Below, in pieces: positions 45,130 through 52,821 of a DNA stretch of 64,000 nucleotides. Below the pieces are notes generated by a model. The model had not been told where the DNA came from, did no database searches, and worked only from the letters and a program-made list of their open reading frames with translations. The position numbers were made by a program, and so were the translations under genes. Positions within the stretch are counted from its first letter, which is position 1; each line of letters starts with the position of its first letter. The stretch covers positions 3,196,767 to 3,260,766 of the forward strand of contig OZ240668.1 in the NCBI GenBank assembly GCA_965198655.1. Reading direction: 5' to 3'. Origin of the DNA: Lichenicola sp. GTDB lineage: Bacteria > Pseudomonadota > Alphaproteobacteria > Acetobacterales > Acetobacteraceae.

Positions 45130-47076
45130 ATGACCCAGGCCGGCGACGACACCAGCCCTAGCGCTTCCGCGCGCGGCCTGGCCAGGGACGCGGCCGCACG
45201 CGGAGCCGGCGGCACCTACAGGCTCGCCGAGCACGGCGCCGACGGCAGCGTGGAGAACGACAACGCGGCGATGAAGCGGGCACTCGCCTACGCCAAGGAC
45301 AACCCCGGCACGCGCATCGTGCTGCCGAGCGGCACGACGCGGCTGGACAGCACCGCCAACGACGCGTTCTGCATCCCGTCGCGCACCACCATCGAGGGCG
45401 AGGACGCGATCGCCAGCGTGGTCAGTTGGAACGAGGCGACCGGCTGCCACCTGTTCACCACCGAGCAGGGCACGCAGTCGGCGGACATCCGGATCCAGAA
45501 CTTCACCCTCCGCGGGTCCTGGGACCCGGCGACGGGCATGCTGGGGGTCGCCAGCGGGTCGCCGGTGTTCCTGGTGGCGGTGGACGGGGTGACGCTGAGC
45601 AACCTCACCTCCGAGCGCACCCGCGGCTTCGGGCTGTGCGTGCGCGCCAGCACCGAGGTCGCGGTTACCGGCTGCGTGGTCCGGCACACCGCGACCGACG
45701 GGATCAACCTGTCGGAATGTTCCAACGTGTCCGTCACCGGATGCCGGATCTCGCATATCGGCGATGACGCGATCTCGGTGCATTCCGACGTGTTCGACAC
45801 CTTCGGCGTGCGTCGCAACCTGCTCATCAGCGGCAACCACATCTTCGACGCGCAAGGCATCCGGGTGCTGGCGGCGCGCCAAACCGTGATCTCGGGCAAC
45901 ATGCTCGACACCGTGCTGCAGCTCGGCATCAACGTGCAGACGGTGGCGCCGGACGGGAGCCAGGTGCAGGAAGGCGTGTCGGCGACGCACTCGGTCACCA
46001 TCTGCGGCAACACCATCACCAACCTGATCCGGCGCGACAACGTGGACGGGCTGAACAACGGCGCCGACGGCATCCTGATCGACGGCTTCTCCGGCCGGGC
46101 CGGCAACGCCGGGGCCGCGCCGGGCGAGACCGGCCCGGACGCCGGTGCGGTGCGCGATCCATACGGCGACTTCCTCGCCAACAGCACCTCGCCCGCTGTG
46201 CCGACCGCGGGAGCCTACGCCATCGTCGTCAGCGGCAACCGCATCGACCGCACGCTGCCCGCCTGCGATGGCACCGACCCCCGGTTCAAAACCTTCTCCG
46301 ACTACCGGCAGGGCACGCTCGCCTCGAAGAAGGGCACGCAGGACCCGTCCCTGTCCGAGAACGACCTGCGCAACAACGGGGTCAGGATCGAAGGCGGGTT
46401 CGTGCGCGACGTGCTGATCGTTGGCAACGGGTTCAGCGGCCTCTACGCGGCGCTGGTGCTGAGCGGGTCCGGCCATTTTGGCGACATCGGCTTCCGCGCC
46501 AACCACGTGACCGACATGTCGGGCTTCGGCGTGCTGGTGAACGGCGACATGACGATGAACGCCTATGTCGAGCACAACCTGTTCGACCTCGACCCGTTCT
46601 TCGTCTCCGCCTCGCGCGGGAGCAACGGCACCTGGTCGAACAACGCCGGCCCGATGGCGCTCTACGTCAACCAGGGACGCGGCCTGGTGTTCCGCGGCAA
46701 CACGGTGCGCAACTGCTGCTTTGGCACCAACATCGACCCATCCGATCCGGGCAGCGGCTTCCTGATCGAGAACAACGCCGTGGAGGCCGATCCGGTCGAG
46801 GTGAACGCGTTCTCGACCGCGAACAAGGGCGTGGGGCTGGTGCACAGCGCAGGCTTCAGGCTGGCGCACGTGGACAGCGACCCGGCCAGCCCGAGCTACG
46901 ACACCATTCTGACGGTGCCGGTCGAGGCGGCGCCGGCGATGCCGCAGGTCGGCACATGGATGCAGGGCGCCTTCGTGCGGAACTCGGCGCCGAGCCTGGA
47001 GAACCCGGCGCTGGGCTGGCTCCGGCTGACCACCGGCACCGGCCACGTTCCCGGCACGGACTGGCTGGCGAAGTAG
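45130..47076 (+). CDS. right-handed parallel beta-helix repeat protein (pectate-lyase-superfamily / tailspike-like polysaccharide depolymerase)
   Basis: N-terminal DNAAMKRALAYAKDNPGTRIVLPSG (pectate_lyase_3-like). Repeated xVTGCxIxH / ISGNxI coils. C-terminal GTWMQGAFVRN...GWLRLTTGTGHVPGTDW motif. No signal peptide seen. Confidence 0.7.
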   Translation: MTQAGDDTSPSASARGLARDAAARGAGGTYRLAEHGADGSVENDNAAMKRALAYAKDNPGTRIVLPSGTTRLDSTANDAFCIPSRTTIEGEDAIASVVSWNEATGCHLFTTEQGTQSADIRIQNFTLRGSWDPATGMLGVASGSPVFLVAVDGVTLSNLTSERTRGFGLCVRASTEVAVTGCVVRHTATDGINLSECSNVSVTGCRISHIGDDAISVHSDVFDTFGVRRNLLISGNHIFDAQGIRVLAARQTVISGNMLDTVLQLGINVQTVAPDGSQVQEGVSATHSVTICGNTITNLIRRDNVDGLNNGADGILIDGFSGRAGNAGAAPGETGPDAGAVRDPYGDFLANSTSPAVPTAGAYAIVVSGNRIDRTLPACDGTDPRFKTFSDYRQGTLASKKGTQDPSLSENDLRNNGVRIEGGFVRDVLIVGNGFSGLYAALVLSGSGHFGDIGFRANHVTDMSGFGVLVNGDMTMNAYVEHNLFDLDPFFVSASRGSNGTWSNNAGPMALYVNQGRGLVFRGNTVRNCCFGTNIDPSDPGSGFLIENNAVEADPVEVNAFSTANKGVGLVHSAGFRLAHVDSDPASPSYDTILTVPVEAAPAMPQVGTWMQGAFVRNSAPSLENPALGWLRLTTGTGHVPGTDWLAK

Positions 47077-47077
47077 G

Positions 47078-49234
47078 TCAGGCCGGGCGCCGCACCAGGG
47101 CCTGCGACCGGTTGCCGGTGAGAAGCGCCAGCACCGCCTCGACGCGGGGGGCGGGGCAACACAGGAACACCGCGCCCGGCTCGTCCAGCGGCCAGGCTTC
47201 CAGGCCGAGATCGGCGTATACGTCGAGCAGGGCGTCGCCGACGCGCCAGAACACCGGCTCCCGCCCTTCCTGCACCGCCAGGTCGCGCAGCCGCCAGATC
47301 GCCGACACCTGGTCGGACGCGGCCCCAGCCGGATCGCCGAGGCCGACGATCAGTCGGCCCAGGCGGCGGAACGGCAGCATCGCCCGACCGTTTTCCCCCG
47401 TCATCAACCCGTCCGGTCGGCCGGGCGGAAGCTCGGCGCCGGAGCAGGTGGTGGCGAGGTAGAGGTCCTCGGTCTCCGCGGTCCAGGGCAGCGGCGCCAC
47501 ACGGCCGGGCAGGATCAGCCGCGCGATCGCCAGCAGCCCGACCAGCACCGACAGGCCGACCGACAACCGGGTGCGGGCATCCATGCCGCGGCCCAGCACC
47601 AGCTCCAGCCAGCCGCTGTTGTCCACCGACCGGATATCGGGCTCGGTCTGCCCCAGGGTGACGAGGCAGGCCAGCAGCAGCAGCAGCGGCACCACCGTCG
47701 CTGGCGAAAGCGGCTCGCTCAGCAGCCGGGCGTGGCGGTAGTAGGACGAGCGGAACGGGGCCACCACCAGGGCCGCCAGGATCAGCACGCCCGGCACCGC
47801 CAGCGGCAGCCCGCGCAGCGCGGTCAGCGCGGCGGCGGCGCAGAGCAGCACCAGGGTCGCGCCCCAGGCCAGGGTGACGCGTTGCGACAGGCCGATCGCG
47901 AGCCCGATCAGCGCGGCGCCGATCAGGGAAGGAACGTAGTCGCCGGCGGCGGCGAGGATCGCGGCAACCCCGCTGTCGACGTCAAACAGCATGCGCGGCG
48001 GCGGCAGCGCGAAGGCGAGGTCGGAGGCGGGCTCGACCAGCCCGAGTGCGAGCAGCATCGCCCCGCACAGCATGACGGCGCCGACCGCGACGGTGACGGC
48101 GAAATCGGCCTCGCTGTCGCGGATCACCCCGGACGGCGACAAGCGCGCGCTCCGCGGCCGCCCCTGCCGATGCGCCAGCAGGGTGTCGCCGCGCAGCAGC
48201 AGTTCGTGGCCGGCGAACAGCAGGCCGGCCAGAAACAGCGGCACGATGTAGTAGAACAGGCGGAACACCAGGATCACCGTGATCGCGGCGGCGGAGGGCA
48301 GGAACGGCGACAGGCCCAGGATCATCGCCGCGTCGAACACGCCAAGCCCGCCCGGAACGCTGGAAAGCAGGCCGGCGCTGTAGGAGGCGATGTAGATGGC
48401 GAGGAAGGCGGGATAGCCGAGGCTGATTCCGGGCGGCAGGAGCGCATACGCGATCGCCGCGGTGGCGGACACGTCGAGCGCCGCCACCGCCACCTGCCCG
48501 ACCGCCATGCGCAGACCGGGAAGCGGGACCACCACCTGCCAGGCACCGAGCCGGACCCGGAACGCGGGCAACCGCGCGGACAGGGCCAGGTAGAAAGCGA
48601 CCAGGCTCCAGCCGGCGAGGCCGACCGCCGTCAGCGCCCAATGCGGCACGCGCGCGGACAACATCGACAGCGCGTGCGGCTCCAGCAGCAGCACGCCGCC
48701 GGTCAGAGCACAGGCACCCAGCACGTAGGTGATGGAGCAGAACGCGATGATGCCGGTGATCTCGAGCGGCTTGAGCCCCCAGTTGCCGTAGAGGCGGAAG
48801 CGGACCGCGGCGCCGGAGATGGTGGCGAAGCCCAGATTGTGGGACAGCACGTAGGAGCAGAAGGCGGCAAATGCGGTGCGGCCGAAGCTCATCCGCCGCC
48901 CGACATGGATCGTGGCCAAGCGGTCGTAAAACGATACCACGGTGTAGGACAGCAGGGTGAAGCCGGCGGCAGCACCCAGGCTGCGGCCGGGGATGCGCAG
49001 CATGCTGTCGCGGATCGAGGACAAGCTGAGGTGACGGAACTCCTTCTGCACCGCGTAGAGGGCGGCGGCGAGCAGGAGAAGGCCGAGCAGCGGCGGCAGG
49101 CGGAGCAGCAGGCGCTGCCAGCCGGGCCGGCAGCCCGGCTCGGACCCGTTGGAAGGCGGTTGCACCAGCACGCGTCGGCTCCGTGGCGGCGCTAGAACGG
49201 CATCAGGGGAAGTTGAACCAGCCTGCGGTTCCAC
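47078..49234 (-). CDS. MprF-like membrane protein (lysylphosphatidylglycerol flippase/synthase family), apparently short C-terminal domain
   Basis: LLLAAALYAVQKEFRHLSL..., FCSYVLSHNLGFATISGAAVRFRLY flippase-domain signature, about 14 TM helices. C-terminal soluble part is only about 135 aa (GDPAGA...PVFWRVG...YADLGL). GTG start. Confidence 0.7.
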   Translation of the reverse strand: MEPQAGSTSPDAVLAPPRSRRVLVQPPSNGSEPGCRPGWQRLLLRLPPLLGLLLLAAALYAVQKEFRHLSLSSIRDSMLRIPGRSLGAAAGFTLLSYTVVSFYDRLATIHVGRRMSFGRTAFAAFCSYVLSHNLGFATISGAAVRFRLYGNWGLKPLEITGIIAFCSITYVLGACALTGGVLLLEPHALSMLSARVPHWALTAVGLAGWSLVAFYLALSARLPAFRVRLGAWQVVVPLPGLRMAVGQVAVAALDVSATAAIAYALLPPGISLGYPAFLAIYIASYSAGLLSSVPGGLGVFDAAMILGLSPFLPSAAAITVILVFRLFYYIVPLFLAGLLFAGHELLLRGDTLLAHRQGRPRSARLSPSGVIRDSEADFAVTVAVGAVMLCGAMLLALGLVEPASDLAFALPPPRMLFDVDSGVAAILAAAGDYVPSLIGAALIGLAIGLSQRVTLAWGATLVLLCAAAALTALRGLPLAVPGVLILAALVVAPFRSSYYRHARLLSEPLSPATVVPLLLLLACLVTLGQTEPDIRSVDNSGWLELVLGRGMDARTRLSVGLSVLVGLLAIARLILPGRVAPLPWTAETEDLYLATTCSGAELPPGRPDGLMTGENGRAMLPFRRLGRLIVGLGDPAGAASDQVSAIWRLRDLAVQEGREPVFWRVGDALLDVYADLGLEAWPLDEPGAVFLCCPAPRVEAVLALLTGNRSQALVRRPA

Positions 49235-49383
49235 CTGCCCGATGAAGCTGCTCTCAGGTGAAAGCAGAGCATGATCAAGCGATCATGTCCCAGGACGGCA
49301 TAGGGTCGCGCGGGACCGCGTCGCGGTTCCACTTGGCCGACACGGCTGCGCGTCCCGGGCGGAGGCGAGGCACGATCAACCGA

Positions 49384-51018
49384 TCATGCTCCCGGCTCGG
49401 GGCGGATCAGCGCGGTCTCGATCAGCGCGACCGTTTCCTGCACTCCGTACAGGGCGATGAAGATGCCGAAGCGCGGGCCCTCGGTCTGGCCCAGCAGCAC
49501 CTCGTAGAGGCAGCCGAACCAGGCGCGCAGCTCCGGGAAGTGGTGCCGGTGGCCGACCGCGAACACCAGGTCCTGCAGCGACTCCGGGTCCGCCGCGTCC
49601 GGGCCTACCCCCTTCAGCGTTTCGGCCAGGTCGACCAGGGCCGCGCGCTCGCGCGCATCGGGCGCGCGGAAGGTCTTCGCCGGGCGGACGAAGTCGCGGT
49701 AGTAGGCGACCGCGTGCTCGACCAGGCGGCCCAGCATCGGATCGGCGTCCGTCGAGGCGCCCGGCCGGTAGCGGTCGAGGAAGCCCCACAGCACGTCCGG
49801 GGTGTCGGCGTTGGCGACCGAGGCCAGGTTGAGCAGCATGCCGAACGGGACCGGGCTGACCGCTCCGGGGGTCGCGCCGCGGTCGATGAACCAGGCCGGG
49901 TTGGCCTTCAGGGCGAGATCCTGCCCCGGGTCGGCGGCCTGCTGGGCGGCTTGCTGAGCGGCCTTGGCGCGGTTGGCGAGGTACTCGTCGGCGGCGCGCG
50001 GGATGACGTCGAAGAACAGCCGCTTGGCCCGGGTCGGCTGGTTGAACATGTACTGGGCCAGGGATTCGGCCGGGGCGTAGCGCAGCCATTCCTCGACCGA
50101 CAGGCCGTTGCCCTTGGACTTGCTGATCTTCTGCGCGTGCTCGTCCAGGAACAGCTCGTAGGTCAGGGTCACCGGCGGCTCGGCGCCCAGCACCCGGCAG
50201 ATGCGCGACGACAGGCGCACGCTGTCAATCAGGTCCTTGCCGGACATCTCGTAGTCCACGCCGAGGGCCACCCAGCGCATCGCCCAGTCGGCCTTCCATT
50301 GCAGCTTGGCGGCACCCCCGGTGACGGGGGTCTCGAAGGTGCGGCCGCCCTCGTCGCGCCAGCGCACCGTGCCGGCATCGGCGTCGACCGCGTCGATGCG
50401 GACCTGCATCACCACGCCGGTTTCGGGATGCAGCGGCAGGATCGGGGAGTAGGTGGCGCGTCGGTCCGGGCCGAGCGTGGGCGCGATCACCGCGACGATC
50501 TCGTCGTGCACGGCGAGCACGCGGCGCAGGGTCTGGTCGAAGCGGCCGGCGCGGTAGTACTCGGTGGCGGAGGCGAACTCGCAGGCAAAGCCGAAGCGGT
50601 CGAGGAAGGCGCGCAGGCGGGCGTTGTTGTGCGCGCCGAAGCTGTCATGGGTGCCGAACGGGTCGGGCACCGCGGTCAGCGGGCGGCCGAGGAAGCCGGC
50701 CAGCATGTCCCGGTTGGGCACGTTGTCGGGGACCTTGCGCAGGCCGTCCATGTCATCGCTAAAGGCGAGGATGCGGGTGGGGCGGCCGGTGAGCGCGGTA
50801 AAGGCCTGGGCGACCCAGCCGGTGCGGGCGACCTCGCCGAAGGTGCCGATATGCGGCAGGCCGGAGGGGCCGTAGCCGGTCTCGAGCAGGGGGACGGCGT
50901 CGGGGCCCTTGGCCTGCATGCGGGCGGCGAGCTTCGCGGCCTCCTCGAACGGCCAGGCTTTCGGCAGCGGCGTCTGGGTGTTGGGCGAGCGGGTCGGTGT
51001 CTGGACGGCGGAGGACAT
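49384..51018 (-). CDS. lysK: lysine--tRNA ligase, class I
   Basis: GYGPSGLPHIGTFGEVAR (HIGH region), KISKSKGNG (KMSKS), 544 aa: the class I LysRS layout. Confidence 0.9.
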   Translation of the reverse strand: MSSAVQTPTRSPNTQTPLPKAWPFEEAAKLAARMQAKGPDAVPLLETGYGPSGLPHIGTFGEVARTGWVAQAFTALTGRPTRILAFSDDMDGLRKVPDNVPNRDMLAGFLGRPLTAVPDPFGTHDSFGAHNNARLRAFLDRFGFACEFASATEYYRAGRFDQTLRRVLAVHDEIVAVIAPTLGPDRRATYSPILPLHPETGVVMQVRIDAVDADAGTVRWRDEGGRTFETPVTGGAAKLQWKADWAMRWVALGVDYEMSGKDLIDSVRLSSRICRVLGAEPPVTLTYELFLDEHAQKISKSKGNGLSVEEWLRYAPAESLAQYMFNQPTRAKRLFFDVIPRAADEYLANRAKAAQQAAQQAADPGQDLALKANPAWFIDRGATPGAVSPVPFGMLLNLASVANADTPDVLWGFLDRYRPGASTDADPMLGRLVEHAVAYYRDFVRPAKTFRAPDARERAALVDLAETLKGVGPDAADPESLQDLVFAVGHRHHFPELRAWFGCLYEVLLGQTEGPRFGIFIALYGVQETVALIETALIRPEPGA

Positions 51019-51508
51019 GGATGGAGGTTAGCCCAGATGGGCGCGAGCGGGAACGGTGGCGGGTGTGGCGGGGCTCGAAGCGGGTGAGGGGACGGGCAGT
51101 GGTCGTTCGGGAGGGTGGTGGGCGCCGGACCGTGGGGTGATGCCGGCAGTTCTCGTTGAAGAACGACAACCGTGCCGCCGCACGCGTTGGCGTCCTGATC
51201 GAGCGGCAGTTCCTGCCTCTGGGGCGCAGGCCGAGATGGATCGGCCAGTCGAGGAGCAGCCGGAGCTGCGCGAGTTTGGTGATCAGGCTCAATGAGGTTG
51301 GCTAGCGATGTCAGCCGGCAGGATTTCTTGTCTCAGTGCCATCTTTGGCTTTGCGCTCAAGGTGGACAAGCCGCGGCGATCAAAGGTTGTCATAGAGTAG
51401 ACATCGCACTGGATGCTTTCTCAGGTTGTAGGCGATCAAAGCCGTTGATGTCGGTCGGCTCAGACCGCAAGGTACATGGCAGCCCGCGTTCATGCGCCAG
51501 GAGTCGAT

Positions 51509-51930
51509 ATGCCAAGCAGTCCGAAGATCGATTGCGAGACACTGATGAGTGCGGTTCTTCCCTTCGCTGAACAAATGCTTCAGCGCTATGGTGAGTTCTT
51601 CCCGTTCGGCGGAGCGATGCAGCCTGATGGAGAACTGGTCCACGTCGCAGGCTACGACGGCACAGAACGTCCCTCGTCAGTCGAAGTCATTCAACTCATC
51701 AAAGAGAGTTTTATTCACGCCGCACGCAGGGACGAGTATAAGGCGACGGCACTTGTCTACGATGCAAAGGTCATGCTGCCAACATCGACTAGACAGGCGA
51801 TGCCATCGCTATCGGATTGAACCATCTCGAAAGCTATTCTGTCTTAGTCTTCTTTCCATACATCACCGATAAGGGTGACCTGACAATCGGGGTCGCTTTC
51901 GCTCAGCAGGGTGAAGCGGACGTCTTCGCA
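51509..51930 (+). pseudogene. hypothetical gene interrupted by a frameshift (lower-GC islet)
   Basis: MPSSPKIDCETLMSAVLPFAEQMLQRYGEFFPFGGAM...ALVYDAKVMLPTSTRQ stops at 51820. A plausible continuation GDAIAIGLNHLESYSVLVFFPYITDKGDLTIGVAFAQQGEADVF lies in another frame. Confidence 0.4.
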
Positions 51931-52014
51931 AGCAATGACAAGGATCGCCACGACCCATCTTCGGCATGGTCATTAGTTCCTTGGGCGAGAAAGCGACGCG
52001 GCCACTCGTCTGCT

Positions 52015-52365
52015 TCACGAGTTCATGTGATCCAGAAGCGAACCAGTCACTCCCGGCTCGTCCCAGAAGCCGACCAGCAGCAGATCGAGTGCTTTGGTGA
52101 CAAGGTCCTGCTGCGCACCGACAGAGGTGACAGCTCGCTTCAGGTCCCGGCCTGACACGGCGCTGAGGGCCTGGGTAACCATCACGTATCGTCTTCCCTT
52201 GATCTCGAAGACCGGGTTCAGCTCGCTAATCGGCGGCGGCGCGGTCTCTTCAGGCAGCAGAGGAATGACGACGCGGGTGCCGAGATGCGACAAAAGCTCG
52301 GCCTGGACGTCGAGCACGTAGCCATCGCCCTTCCCCGGCATGGGGTGCACGTCGTGACGGGCCAT
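52015..52365 (-). CDS. ccdB: type II toxin CcdB family (gyrase poison)
   Basis: MARHDVHPMPGKGDGYVLDVQAELLSHLGTRVVIPLLP...NPVFEIKGRRYVMVTQALSAV follows the CcdB pattern. Confidence 0.75.
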   Translation of the reverse strand: MARHDVHPMPGKGDGYVLDVQAELLSHLGTRVVIPLLPEETAPPPISELNPVFEIKGRRYVMVTQALSAVSGRDLKRAVTSVGAQQDLVTKALDLLLVGFWDEPGVTGSLLDHMNS

Positions 52366-52619
52366 CAGAACTGCCGGAACGCCCCGAGCGGCAGGCCGTG
52401 TCTGGCGACGTGCTCGTTGTAGCTGTTTATGGCCTCGTGGTTCTGTTCCAGCCAGCGCTGCCGGCGACGGGAAGCGACCTCAGCGGCCACTCCACGCTCA
52501 CAGGCCTGGGACAGGTTGATGCCCAGGTCACGCGCGTCGCGAAGCAGAGCTTCGGGCAGGGTGACGTTCGTCGGCCGCCGGCCGCCGGCGACCAACGCAG
52601 CAGATCCTGATCGTGGCAT
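52365..52619 (-). CDS. ccdA: type II antitoxin CcdA family
   Basis: PTNVTLPEALLRDARDLGINLSQACERGVAAEV...RWLEQNHEAINSYNEHVARHGLPLGAFRQF. The stop overlaps the ccdB ATG (TGATG). Confidence 0.75.
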   Translation of the reverse strand: MPRSGSAALVAGGRRPTNVTLPEALLRDARDLGINLSQACERGVAAEVASRRRQRWLEQNHEAINSYNEHVARHGLPLGAFRQF

Positions 52620-52821
52620 CGGCAGCTCCGTCGGTTCCTGGTCACCATATGCGCATACGTGATGCGCGCACAACATGCCGTTGCTCCCACGTTTCCGCCG
52701 CTGGTTCGGATTCTCCGGATCGTTCTTCATCAGGGTGATCGCCGCTGCACGGGTTGCGGGCCTTGAAGGGAGTTCGAGGAAACGGTTCTCCCCGGCCGGA
52801 TGCCGCACTAGATGTGGACGG

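Noticed and set aside
52675-52821. Upstream extension of the helicase ORF (track start 52675), which overlaps the ccdA region on the opposite strand.
   Set aside because: The extension is a featureless read-through. The conserved-looking N-terminus begins at MSDTPPP (ATG 52822).
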